Assembly (NCBI RefSeq): GCF_044704955.1
Contig: NW_027251890.1
Coordinates: 1 to 34,753 of the forward strand
Length of the DNA: 34,753 nt
Reading direction: 5' to 3'
From: Pristiophorus japonicus
Lineage: Eukaryota
Part shown: positions 1 through 10,797 of the stretch, in pieces
How positions within the stretch are numbered: position 1 is the stretch's first letter
Layout of the letters: every line of letters begins with the position of its first letter
The notes under the pieces: model-generated
Seen by the model: the letters and a program-made list of their open reading frames with translations, nothing else
What the model was told of the DNA's origin: nothing
Database searches by the model: none
Translations under genes and position numbers: made by a program

Positions 1-23
1 GCACCATGTGTGGCTCAGCTGTA

Positions 24-112
24 TGGGACGGGTGGACAAGGGGGGGTGGGGGGTGGACAAGGGGGGGATGGGGGTGGACAAGGGGGTGTGGGGCGGTGGA
101 CAAGGGGGGGGC
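24..112 (+). repeat. G-rich short tandem repeat (GGGGTGGACAAGGGGGG-type units)
   Basis: ggtggacaagggggg recurs 4 times, separated by G runs. Confidence 0.8.
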
Positions 113-124
113 GAGGGAGGAGAA

Positions 125-1413
125 AGGTCAAGAGAGCCATAGTTATAGAGGATTCTATAGTCAGGGGAGCAGACAGGTGTTTCTGTGGCCATAGTGATGA
201 GTCTAGGATGGTATGATGCCTCCCTGGTGCGAGAGACAAAGATATCACAGAGCGGCTGCAATCCATTCTGAAGGGGGAGGGTGCACTGCCAGACATGTCA
301 GACTGCCAATGACATGGGTAGAAAGAGGGACAGGAATTGCAACTCAATGTTCCTGGTTACAGGGCTTTCAGATGAGATAGAATGAGGCATAGTGACATTA
401 TTGGTTAAAGAAACAATTATAGCTGTGAGAATGCATGCCATGTTTGACAAATCTTCAACTGATGCTATATGGGTTGCAATAAGGAATAAAATAGGGACAA
501 TCACATTGCAGCGAGTGTACTATCGACCCGCAAACAGTCCGAGGGTGATAGGAAAGCACATTTGCAGGATCATTTAACACAAGTGCAAAAACAATAGGGC
601 AGTAATAGTGGGGGATTTCATTTAGCCCAACATGAGCTGGGATTCAATCAGTGTAAAAGGTACAGGCGGCCCAGAATTCCTAAACTGTATTCAGGAGAAG
701 GTTTTTAGCCAGTTCGCCAGCCTAACAAGAGTGTGGGGGATCAGTTCTGAATTGAGTGTTCGGGAATGAAGCTGGGAAGGTGGAAGGAGTATCAGTGGGA
801 GAGCATTGTTGTGGTAGTGATCATAATTCAGTTAGTTTTAGGATAGTTATGGATAAGGACAAAGATAAAACTGGAGTAAAGGTTCTAAATTGGGGGAAGA
901 CCAATTTTACTGTGTTGAAAAGTGATTCAGCCAAAGTGGACTGGAAACAGCTACTTGAGCTACAGTGGGAGGCATTCAAGAGGGAGAAACAAGGGGTTCA
1001 GAGTAAACATGTTCCCACAAAGAAAATGGAAGAACTGCCAAATTTAAAAGCCCCTGGATGACTAGGGGCATAAAGGGGAAGATAAGGCAAAAAGGGAAGC
1101 TTAGATCAGATATCGAGAGCTCAATACTTCAGAAAGCCGAGAAGAGGATAGAAAGTGTAGGGGTGACATCACAAACACAATTAGGAAAGCAAAGAGAGAG
1201 CATGAAAATATACTGGTGAGTAGAATTAAAGAAAACACACATATATTTTCTCAGTTGATAAAGAGCAAGAGGATAAGTAAGGAAAGAGTAGGGCGGAGGA
1301 TGGGGGTAAGGTACTTAATGAATCATTTGCCTCTATCTTCACAAAAGAGGGGGACCATGCAGATGTTGACGATAAGGAGGAAGAGAGTGAAATATTGGAT
1401 GGGATAAACATAG
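125..1413 (+). mobile_element. Degenerate CR1 LINE: ORF1 esterase fragment followed by ORF2 endonuclease/linker fragments
   Basis: RAIVIEDSIVRGADRCFCG..RMV*CLPGA (CR1 ORF1 SGNH-esterase-like); VYYRP, GEHCCGSDHNSVSF and KVLNWGKTNF (APE endonuclease); many stops and deletions. Confidence 0.85.
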
Positions 1414-1800
1414 TGAACGCCAATGTCTCCAATGCTTCATTGCAGAATGTGCAGGCTCTCTCCCTGGGGCGTGGATCTGCCATGAGTACAGCTGCTTCTG
1501 TCCTCTGGCTCCTTGTCCTTGTCCTGCTCCTTGCTGAGGCAACTGCACAGCCAGCAATGCTGAGAATGAGCTTCTGCAGCATCAGTCAGCCTCCCCTTTA
1601 AGAACTGGAACCAGCCGGTGAAAATGATGACTTGCAATTAAACTGCACGTGATATTGGTCCACCTTTTGAGTGTAATGCCAATGAGCTTGGTCTTAAAGA
1701 CTTGAATTAGTGCTCCAATCATTTCTTTGAGTGGTCAGAATGAATTTTGCGTACAGTCTAAAGCATTAGCACCTGGCGCTAATTCTCCAACTTTTCAAAT
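1414..1800 (-). mobile_element. PIF/Harbinger-derived fragment: start of the Myb/SANT-like ORF plus upstream sequence
   Basis: ATG at 1483 gives MADPRPRERACTFCNEALETL, resembling the 'RERAPRFSDxALExL' start of Harbinger Myb/SANT-like proteins; truncated against the CR1. Confidence 0.55.
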
Positions 1801-1849
1801 GATACCGGCCATTCCTGGATATAAATAATTTCTTCCCATTGTCTTTGTT

Positions 1850-2646
1850 CCCACCACAAAATCCATTCCCTAGCCACCAATTCCATCCCTCTCCCTTGCA
1901 ACTGACTGAGCTGAACCCGAAAATTTGCAACTTTGGTGTCATAGTTGACACGTGATGAGCTTCTGAACACGTGCCATCACTAAGACCGCCTATTTGCACC
2001 TCTATAACATCTCCCGTCTCCACCCCTGCCTCAACACATCCCCAGCTGAAACCCCCATCCATGCTTTTGTTACCTCTCGACTTGACTATTCCTGTGCTCT
2101 CCTGGCCGGCTTCCCACATTCTACTCGACGTAAACCTGAGGTCATCCAAAGGGCTACTGCCCGTATTCTAATTCTCTCAAAATGCCGTTCACCCACCGCC
2201 CCTGTACTCGCTGACCTACATTGGATACTTGCCTGGATTTTAAAATTCTCATCCTGATATTCAAATCCCTCCATAGCTTTGGCCCTCCCTATCTCTGTAA
2301 TATCCTCTAGCCCTACAATCCTCGTAGATAACTGCGCTTCTCCAATTCTGGCCTCTTGTGCACCTCCCATTATAAGGGCTCCACTACTGGTTGCTGTGCC
2401 TTAAGATGCGGAGGCCTAAGCTCTGGAAATCCCGCTCTGTACCTCTCCGCCTGGCTCCGACTCTTTCCTCCTTTCAGACTCTCGTTAACACCTACCTCCT
2501 TGACTAAGTATTTGGCCATCGGCCCTAATATCTCCTTATGTGGCTCAGTGTCAAATGGTGTTTGATAATGCTCTTGTGAAGAAGCGCCTTGTGGTGTTTT
2601 CCTGCTTTAAATGTGCTATATATAGGTACATTTTTGTTGTTGTTGT
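1850..2646 (+). mobile_element. L2 LINE 3' fragment
   Basis: HLYNISRLHPCL..AETPIHAFVTSRLDYSCALLAG and APVLADLHW motifs; L2-type 3' end (gcgccttg...gtgctatata) with (TTG)n tail. Confidence 0.85.
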
Positions 2647-2659
2647 ATTTATGATACGA

Positions 2660-2775
2660 GTATAAGAAATAGGAGCAGGAGAATGTTATTCAACCGATCG
2701 AGCCTGCTCTGCCACTCAATAAGATCATGGCTGATCTTCTACCTCAATTCCACCTTCCCACACAATTCCCGTAAT
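2660..2775 (-). mobile_element. CR1 3'UTR remnant
   Basis: ataagaaataggagcagga...tcgagcctgctctgccactcaataagatcatggctgatct is the reverse complement of CR1 3' ends seen elsewhere in the window. Confidence 0.75.
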
Positions 2776-2784
2776 GTCTTGTGA

Positions 2785-3105
2785 TAGAGACAGTGCCTGG
2801 AGTTGCCCTGAATTTCTGAAATGATTGGTACCCCTTTATACACTGAGGCACTCTCATAAACTCCTGTTAACACTGATACAGTCCAAGGACTCCCTGACTG
2901 TCTACTGTCCTCGGCATCCCTTTATACGCTGACTCACTGTCTCTGAGAGCCTAAATAGTGACCTCATTTGGGGATGTCCTAAATGAATACTGTCCTTGAC
3001 ACCCCTTTAAACATTGTACCAATCTCACAAAATCCTTTAATACTGACACAATCTGGGGACTACCTGAATGATACAATACTTGGTGCCCTTTTTACATATT
3101 GACCA
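2785..3105. repeat. Highly degenerate ~85-bp tandem repeat (~4 units)
   Basis: Anchor ccc(c)ttta(t/a)ac.(c/t)tg recurs at ~2831, 2918, 3002 and 3086. Confidence 0.5.
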
Positions 3106-3247
3106 ATGCAAATAATGAAAGTATTGGAGACCGCATTTTGTACATTCCAAATACTACTGCCCTATCATGTTTGCCCGCTGACTTATTCCAGTTGCCAGCC
3201 CTCATAAAGTTAAAGGACTTCCTGGCCATTTGCTTGGAGCACTGTTA

Positions 3248-3841
3248 GAATCATAAGAACATAAGATAAGGACAATAGGAATAGCAGCAGGAGTAGGCCA
3301 TACAGCCCCTTGAGCCTGCTCCACTGGTCTATAAGATCATGGCTGAAGTTGGACCTTAACTCCACCTTCCCGCACTATCTATTTTGAGGCTGGAGAGCTC
3401 TTGTTCGGCTGGTGCGGACACGATGGGCCGAAATGGCCTCCTTACATGCTGTAAATTTCTATGAATCTATGATCTCCATATCCCTTGATTCCCCTCGAGT
3501 CCAAAAATTTAGCAATCTCAACCTTGAATATACTCAACGACTGAGCATCCATAGACCTCTCGGGAGAAAATTGCAAAGTTTTACATCCCTCTGACTGAAG
3601 AAATTTCTGTTCCTCTCAGTCTTAAAGGGCCTGCCCCTTATCCTGAGACTATGCCTCCTAATTCTAGACTCTCCAGCCAGGGAAATAACCTCTCAGCATC
3701 GACATTGTCAATCCCTCTCAGAATCTGAAGTGTTTCAATGAGATCAGCTCACATTGTTCTCAAGCTCAGAGAGTATAGTCCCAATCTACTCAATCTCTCC
3801 TCACGTGACAACCCACTCATCCCAGGAATTTATCTCCTGAT
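3248..3841 (-). mobile_element. CR1 LINE 3' fragment, with a small plus-strand CR1 3'UTR nested at ~3380-3472
   Basis: aagaacataag tail, stem-loop UTR, reverse complement of the ORF2 C-terminal region. Confidence 0.8.
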
Positions 3842-3852
3842 TCTCATCAATC

Positions 3853-5833
3853 TGATGATGCAAAGCTTGCTGGGAATGTAAGTTGTGAGGAGGATGTAAA
3901 GAGACTACCAGGGGATATAGACAGACTAAGTGAACAGGCAAGACATGGCAGAAGGAATATAAAGTGGAGAAATGTGAAGTTATCCACTTTGGTAGGAAAA
4001 ATAGAAAAGCAGAGTATGTTTTAAATGGTGAGATTGGGAAATGTTGGTGTTTCGAGGGATGTGGCTGTCCTTGTACAACAATCACTGAAAGTTAATATAC
4101 AGGGACAGCAAGTAATTAAGAAAGCACATGGTATGTTGGCCTTTATTACAAGAGAATTTGAGTTTAAGAGTAAAGAAGTCTTACTACAATTATACAGGGC
4201 CCTGGTGAGACGGCACCAGGGGTATTGTGTACAGTTTTGTTCTCCTTACCTAAGGAAGGATATACTTGCCATTGAGGGAGTGCAACAAAGGTTCACCAGA
4301 CTGATTCCTGGAATGAGGAGATTGTCCTATGAGGAGAGATTGAGTAGACTAGGCTTATATTCTCCAGAGTTTGAAAGAATGAGAGGAGATCTCATTGGAA
4401 CATACAAAATTCTGACAAGACTTGACAGGGTAGATGCAGGGAGGATGTTCCCTCTGGCTGAGGAGTCTAGAACCAAGGGTCACTGTCTCAGAATAAGGGG
4501 TTGGCCATTTAGGACTGAGATGAGGAGAAACTTCTTCACTCAGAGGGTGGTGAATCTCTGGAATTCTCTACCCAGAGGGCTGTGGAGGCTCAGTCTTTGA
4601 GTATATTCAGGACAGGATGGTGACAAATTTGTTAGGACAGCTGAATTTGAGAAGGATACTCTATAATCCCTCATGGTTGACAGAGTCGAAGGCCTTTGTG
4701 AAGTCAAAGAAGTCCATGTACAGAGGTTGATGCTGCTCCCTGCATCTCACTTGAAATTGATGTGTGTTGAAGACCATGTCTGTTGTGTCCCTTAGTGGGC
4801 ACAATCCACATTGTGACTCTGGAAGGAGCTCTTCAGCCATTGGGAGGAGACGATTGAGGAGGATTCTTGCGATAATCTTTGCAGTGGCAGACAGCAGGGA
4901 AACTCCTCTGTAATTACCGCAATCGGATTTGTCCCCTTTCTTGAAGATGATTACGATCATGGCGTCTCTGAGATCCCCAGGCATGCTCTCCTCCTTCCAG
5001 ATAAGAGAGATAAGGTCATGGATTTGCGTCAAGAGTACTTCTCCGCCATGCTTTAGTACTTCGGCGAGGATTCCATCTGCTCCTGAGGCCTTGTTATTCT
5101 TCAGTTGTCGGACGGCCTTTTTATCCTCATGCCGGGCTGGTATTGTGCTGAGGTGGTGGCGGGCAGCTTGCTGTGGGATGGAGTCAAGGACATTCACATC
5201 AAAGACAGATCCTTGATTGAGGAGATCCTTGAAGTGCTCCTTCCAGCGGGCACTGACTGCATCTCTGACCTTGATGAGCACTCCTCCATTCTTAGCTCTC
5301 AGTGGGGTAGGACCTCAGTGCTTGGGCCATAGGTGGTCTTGATGTTCTAAAAAATCCACGCACGTCGTGGTTGTCGTGTAGTTGCTGGACCTCCTGCGCT
5401 TTTTCCACCCACCATCTGTTCTTTACGAGTTTGCTTTTGGACTTCGGCCTTCAGTTGTCTATAGATCTGCTTTCTTTCTCTCGAGTTGTGGTGTTGTTTC
5501 CAATTCAAGAATGCCTTGCGTTTATTAGCTCCTGGATCTCCTGGTCCTTCTCATCGAACCAGACTTGATGTTTCCTGGTCGAGTAACCAAGAGTTTCTTC
5601 ACAGCTGCTAATTATTGTGCGCTTGAGGTCAGACCAGACTGCCTAGGAAGAAGGATATTCAAGACGGAGATCGAAAGATTTTTGGATATTAAGGGAATCA
5701 AGGGATACGGGGACAATGCAGGAAAGTGGAGTTGATGTAGAAGATGTGCCATGATCTCATTGAATGGTGGAGCAGGCTCAAGGGGCCGAATGGCCTACTC
5801 CTGCTCCAATTCATTTGTTCTTATGTTCTTATG
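3853..5833 (+). mobile_element. CR1 LINE 3' portion (RT C-terminus and 3'UTR), interrupted by an RTE insertion at 4614-5654
   Basis: ORF 4025-4600 LLQLYRALVR..YCVQF..RRNFFTQRVVNLWNSLP; CR1 resumes at 5655 and ends in a ttcttatgttcttatg tail. Confidence 0.9.
4614..5654 (-). mobile_element. RTE-clade LINE internal fragment (linker plus RT N-terminal half)
   Basis: RWKEHF..LLN, KASGADGI.AE, FKKGDKSDCGNYRGVSLLS, LPESQCG, FFDFTKAFDSV.HEGL*SILLKFSCPNKFVTIL; flanked by atattca(g/a)gac direct repeats. Confidence 0.9.
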
Positions 5834-5883
5834 AACCATTGTTGCAGCTCCTGCACAGCGAGCTTCTGGGTCCAATAGCAATG

Positions 5884-5985
5884 GTGCCTCAGAGCCAGGG
5901 TGCCCCAGAGCCAGGATGCCCCAGAGCCAGGGTGCCCCAGAGCCAGGGTGCCGCAGAGCCAGGGTGCCTCACAGTCAGGGTGCCC
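5884..5985 (+). repeat. 16-bp tandem repeat GTGCCCCAGAGCCAGG (~6 copies)
   Basis: Read directly. Confidence 0.9.
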
Positions 5986-6218
5986 TTGCTGGGGGTTTGG
6001 AGGAGTCGGCCTCCAGCACGGCGCATGTCTCCCAGCACACCTTGCAGCCCATCCTTGGCAGCTTGCAAAGCATGGTGGGCTTGCAGAGAGAGGGTGGGGA
6101 CCCAGAGCTCATGCCACGTGTCACGGGGGAGGGAGCAGCAGCTATTGCAGCACAGGCCGGAGCAACGCAATGGCTTACGACTGTAATGGGCTCAGTGCTT
6201 GGTGGCATACAGACTGGG

Positions 6219-6344
6219 TCTGCTCTCGTGCACGCTCAGTCCGATCTCGTGCACGCTCGGTCCGATCTCGTGCACGCTCGGTCTGCCCTCGTGCATGCTC
6301 GGTCTGCTCCTGTGCACGCTCGGTCTGTTCCCGTGCACGCTCAG
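6219..6344 (+). repeat. 21-bp in-frame tandem repeat (6 copies; S[AD]LVHA[RQ])
   Basis: tc(t/c)g(c/a)tctcgtgcacgctc(a/g)g units. Confidence 0.9.
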
Positions 6345-6717
6345 ATCGATGCCATGCAAGCGCTGACTGCTGCCATCGTTTCTGGGTTCCCCGCAGTTCA
6401 ACAGAGAGGTCACGGTGCCGAAGCAGGCCAGCAATTTGTGCTCGATGAGATTGGTCCAGATGCTGAGGCACTGCCCCGGGGGAGTGGCAGTGGGTCGGTA
6501 GAAATGGAAGGTGTTGCCCTCTCTCAGGATATCAGCATTCCGTCTCCCACCACTGCCACTTCACCATTGCAGTTGGCGCTGTCTGCACCCCAGCCGTCCG
6601 AGACTGCTGCTGCCCAGGCTGAGGTGGTGCAGTCTGCAGCCGGGCCTTCCAGGCCCAGAACTGGTCCAGGGCGTGCTGCTAGGCCATGTACAGTCTCTGT
6701 ATGGCAGACTGAGCAGC

Positions 6718-6913
6718 AGGTGGGGGACATACAATTATTGTCCCCGGGGGGTGGGGGGGGAAGACATACCATTATTGTCCCCGGGAGGGGACATACCATT
6801 ATTGTCCCCAGGTGGCGGGGGCGGAACTGGGAACATAAACATTATTGTTCCTGGCGAGGGTGGTGGGAACATACCTTTATTGTCCCTGGGGGTGGAGAGG
6901 GAGAGGTGAGGGA
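6718..6913 (+). repeat. G-rich minisatellite (GGTGAGGAACATACCATTATTGTCCCC-Gn), left part
   Basis: cataccattattgtcccc core repeated; the same array continues after the Gypsy element at 17352. Confidence 0.85.
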
Positions 6914-7125
6914 TGTTATGTATGTAACCCGAGGTAACCTGTATCACACCGGCACCAGAGGGCGTACCTGTTGGAGTCCCAAGGGCTCCCAGCATCCCTT
7001 GGGAGCACTGTATATAAGCAGGCCTCCCATGCTGTACCAGCACTTGGAGTTTGAATAAAGGAGCTAAGGTCACACTTACTCACGTCTACAATACTCAGTT
7101 ACATTACTTTATCATGAGCTTAACA
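6914..7125 (+). repeat. 5' LTR of Gypsy-1
   Basis: tgttat...taaca, TATATAA, AATAAA, followed by PBS. Confidence 0.95.
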
Positions 7126-7158
7126 CCTGGTGACGAGATAATGAACAATCACATGAAA

Positions 7159-7751
7159 ATGCAGAGAATTGTTGGTATCCTGGAGAAATTCTCAGAAGGG
7201 GACGATTGGGAGATCTTCGTGGAGTGAATCGACCAATACTTCATGGCCAACAAGCTGGAAGGGGACGAGAACGCGGCCAAACGAAGGGCGATCCTCCTCA
7301 CCGTCTGTGGGGCAACAGCCTATGGCCTCATGAAGAATCTTTTAGCTCCGGTGAAAGCAACAACCAAATCAAACGAAGAACTGTGTACGCTGGTCCGGGA
7401 GCACCTAAATCCAAAGGAAAGTGTTCTGATGGCAAGGTATTGATTTTACTCGTGTCAACGGTTTGAAGGCCAGGAAGTGGCGAGCTATGTCGCCGAACTA
7501 AGGCGCCTTGCAGGACATTGCAAATGCGATGGATTCCTTGAGCAAATGCTAAGAGACTTCTTTGTGCTTAGCATTGGCCATGATGTTATCCTTCGCAAAC
7601 TATTGACTGTTAAATCAATGAACCTGAGCAAAGCCATAACGATAGCCCAGGCATTTATGACCACCCGCGATAACACCAAAACAAATTTCATGGCACAAAG
7701 AGGTTTCGGCAAGTACTGTACACAAATTTATGTCATTTTCAGGTAGGAATG
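7159..7751 (+). pseudogene. Gypsy-1 gag, 5' part (stops and frameshift); continues at ~10567-10750 with degenerate CCHC knuckles
   Basis: MQRIVGILEKFSEGDDWE.., RAILLTVCG..Y.LMKNLLAP, YVAELRRLA.HC, LRDFFV; CWRCGG and GHLQRMC after the CR1. Confidence 0.85.
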
Positions 7752-10566
7752 TGATGTGATTGGGATTACGGAGACGTGGCTCCAGGATGAGCAGGGCTGG
7801 GAACTCAACATCCAGGGGTATTCAACATTCAGGAAGGATAGAATAAAAGGAAAAGGAGGTGGGGTAGCATTGCTGGTTAAGGAGGAGATTAAGGCAATAG
7901 TTAGGAAGGACATTAGCTTGGATGATGTGGAATGTATATGGGTAGAGCTGCAGAACACCAAAGGGCAAAAAACGTTAGTGGGAGTTGTGTACAGACCTCC
8001 AAACAGTAGTAGTGATGTTGGGGAGGGCATCAAACAGGAAATTAGGGGTGCGTGCAATAAAGGTGCAGCAGTTATAATGGGTGACTTTAATATGCACATA
8101 GATTGGGCTAACCAAACTGGAAGCAATACGGTGGAGGAGGATTTTCTGGAGTGCATAAGGGATGGTTTTTTAGACCAATATGTCGAGGAACCAACTAGGG
8201 GGGAGGCCATCTTAGACTGGGTGTTATGTAATGAGAAAGGATTAATTAGCAATCTCGTTGTGCGAGGCCCCTTGGGGAAGAGTGACCATAATATGGTGGA
8301 ATTCTGCATTAGGATGGAGAATGAAACAGTTAATTCAGAGACCATGGTCCAGAACTTAAAGAAGGCTAACTTTGAAGGTATGAGGCGTGAATTGGCTGAG
8401 ATGGATTGGCGAATGATACTTAAGGGGTTGACTGTGGATGGGCAATGGCAGACATTTAGAGACCGCATGGATGAACTACAACAATTGTACATTCCTGTCT
8501 GGCATAGAAATAAAAAAGGGAAGGTGGCTCAACCGTGGCTATCAAGGGAAATCAGGGATAGTATTAAAGCCAAGGAAGTGGCATACAAATTGGCCAGAAA
8601 TAGCAGCGAACCTGGGGACTGGGAGAAATTTAGAACTCAGCAGAGGAGGACAAAGGGTTTGATGAGGGCAGGGAAAATGGAGTATGAGAAGAAGCTTGCA
8701 GGGAACATTAAGACGGATTGCAAAAGTTTCTATAGATTTGTAAAGAGAAAAAGGTTAGTAAAGACAAATGTAGGTCCCCTGCAGTCAGAATCAGGGGAAG
8801 TCATAACGGGGAACAAAGAAATGGCGGACCAATTGAACAAGTACTTTGGTTCGGTATTCACGAAGGAGGACACGAACAACCTTCCGGTTATAAAAGGGGT
8901 CGGGGGGTCTAGTAAGGAGGAGGAACTGAGGGAAATCCTTATTAGTCGGGAAATTGTGTTGGGGAAATTGATGGGATTGAAGGCCGATAAATCCCCAGGG
9001 CCTGATGGACTGCATCCCAGAGTACTTAAGGAGGTGGCCTTGGAAATAGTGGATGCGTTGACAGTCATTTTCCAACATTCCATTGACTCTGGATCAGTTC
9101 CTATGGAGTGGAGGGTAGCCAATGTAACCCCACTTTTTAAAAAAGGAGGGAGAGAGAAAACAGGGAATTATAGACCGGTCAGCCTGACATCGGTAGTGGG
9201 TAAAATGATGGAATCAATTATTAAGGATGTCATAGCAGTGCATTTGGAAAGAGGTGACATGATAGGTCCAAGTCAGCATGGATTTGTGAAAGGGAAATCA
9301 TGCTTGACAAATCTTCTGGAATTTTTTGAGGATGTTTCCAGTAAAGTGGATAAGGGAGAACCAGTTGATGTGGTATATTTGGACTTTCAGAAGGCGTTCG
9401 ACAAGGTCCCACACAAGAGATTGATGTGCAAAGTTAGAGCACATGGGATTGGGGGTAGTGTACTGACATGGATTGAGAACTGGTTGTCAGACAGGAAGCA
9501 AAGAGTAGGAGTAAATGGGTACTTTTCAGAATGGCAGGCAGTGACTAGTGGTTCTGTGCTGGGGCCCCAGCTGTTTACACTGTACATTAATGATTTAGAT
9601 GAGGGGATTAAATGTAGTATCTCCAAATTTGCGGATGACACTAAGTTGGGTGGCAGTGTGAGCTGCGAGGAGGATGCTGTGAGGCTGCAGAGCGACTTGG
9701 ATAGGTTAGGTGAGTGGGCAAATGCATGGCAGATGAAGTATAATGTGGATAAATGTGAGGTTATCCACTTTGGTGGTAAAAACAGAGAGACAGACTATTA
9801 TCTGAATGGTGACAGATTAGGAAAAGGGGAGGTGCAAAGAGACCTGGGTGTCATGGTACATCAGTCATTGAAGGTTGGCATGCAGGTGCAGCAGGCGGTT
9901 AAGAAAGCAAATGGCATGTTGGCCTTCATAGCAAGGGGATTTGAGTACAGGGGCAGGGAGGTGTTGCTACAGTTGTACAGGGCATTGGTGAGGCCACACC
10001 TGGAGTATTGTGTACAGTTTTGGTCTCCTAACCTGAGGAAGGACATTCTTGCTATTGAGGGAGTGCAGCGAAGGTTCACCAGACTGATTCCCGGGATGGC
10101 GGGACTGACCTATCAAGAAAGACTGGATCAACTGGGCTTGTATTCACTGGAGTTCAGAAGAATGAGAGGGGACCTCATAGAAACATATAAAATTCTGACG
10201 GGGTTAGACAGGTTAGATGCAGGAAGAATGTTCCCAATGTTGGGGAAGTCCAGAACCAGGGGTCACAGTCTAAGGATAAGGGGTAAGCCATTTAGGACCG
10301 AGATGCGGAGGAACTTCTTCACCCAGAGAGTGGAGAACCTGTGGAATTCTCTACCACAGAAAGTTGTTGAGGCCAATTCACTAAATATATTCAAAAAGGA
10401 GTTAGATGAGGTCCTTACTGCTAGGGGGATCAAGGGGTATGGCGAGAAAGCAGGAATGGGGTACTGAAGTTGAATGTTCAGCCATGAACTCATTGAATGG
10501 CGGTGCAGGCTAGAAGGGCCGAATGGCCTACTCCTGCACCTATTTTCTATGTTTCTATGTTTCTAT
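7752..10566 (+). mobile_element. Young 5'-truncated CR1 LINE inserted in Gypsy-1 gag
   Basis: 903-aa ORF2, 3'UTR stem-loop and (TTTCTATG)n tail ending ~10566, where gag resumes. Confidence 0.97.
7756..10467 (+). CDS. CR1 ORF2 (APE endonuclease-reverse transcriptase): open frame, N-terminally truncated and lacking VPQG
   Basis: ITETWL, VYRPP, MGDFN, SDHN; GNYRPVSL, YLDFQKAFDKV, KFADD; reads VTSG^SVLGP where the sister copy reads TSGVPQGSVL. Confidence 0.85.
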   Translation: MIGITETWLQDEQGWELNIQGYSTFRKDRIKGKGGGVALLVKEEIKAIVRKDISLDDVECIWVELQNTKGQKTLVGVVYRPPNSSSDVGEGIKQEIRGACNKGAAVIMGDFNMHIDWANQTGSNTVEEDFLECIRDGFLDQYVEEPTRGEAILDWVLCNEKGLISNLVVRGPLGKSDHNMVEFCIRMENETVNSETMVQNLKKANFEGMRRELAEMDWRMILKGLTVDGQWQTFRDRMDELQQLYIPVWHRNKKGKVAQPWLSREIRDSIKAKEVAYKLARNSSEPGDWEKFRTQQRRTKGLMRAGKMEYEKKLAGNIKTDCKSFYRFVKRKRLVKTNVGPLQSESGEVITGNKEMADQLNKYFGSVFTKEDTNNLPVIKGVGGSSKEEELREILISREIVLGKLMGLKADKSPGPDGLHPRVLKEVALEIVDALTVIFQHSIDSGSVPMEWRVANVTPLFKKGGREKTGNYRPVSLTSVVGKMMESIIKDVIAVHLERGDMIGPSQHGFVKGKSCLTNLLEFFEDVSSKVDKGEPVDVVYLDFQKAFDKVPHKRLMCKVRAHGIGGSVLTWIENWLSDRKQRVGVNGYFSEWQAVTSGSVLGPQLFTLYINDLDEGIKCSISKFADDTKLGGSVSCEEDAVRLQSDLDRLGEWANAWQMKYNVDKCEVIHFGGKNRETDYYLNGDRLGKGEVQRDLGVMVHQSLKVGMQVQQAVKKANGMLAFIARGFEYRGREVLLQLYRALVRPHLEYCVQFWSPNLRKDILAIEGVQRRFTRLIPGMAGLTYQERLDQLGLYSLEFRRMRGDLIETYKILTGLDRLDAGRMFPMLGKSRTRGHSLRIRGKPFRTEMRRNFFTQRVENLWNSLPQKVVEANSLNIFKKELDEVLTARGIKGYGEKAGMGY

Positions 10567-10797
10567 ATGGCAGAACGTACACGCCTGCAGCTGCATGACC
10601 TCAGATGACCCAGAGTCTGCCATCAAATGTTAATGTGAGGCAGTTAACACCTTGTTGGCGCTGCGGAGGTGATCGAGTCCATCAATGCCGCTTCAAACAC
10701 TGTGTGCAAAGTCTATAGAACAATGGGACACCTCCAGCGAATGTGCAGATGAGCTGCAAACCCTGCAAACCACCACGTTGCTTGGGAGGATCGATCC

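Larger units (their letters stand above)
5840..6715 (+). mobile_element. Probable Harbinger Myb/SANT-protein C-terminal coding remnant (low-complexity/coiled-coil ORF)
   Basis: ORF 5916 contains GLEES..., heptad repeats, LSQD and a terminal AGPSRPRTGPGR segment like the tails of vertebrate Harbinger ORF2 proteins (recalled similarity). Confidence 0.4.

Noticed and set aside
3106-3113. Octamer as an Ig V promoter
   Set aside because: No leader or V exon nearby; surrounded by CR1 fragments
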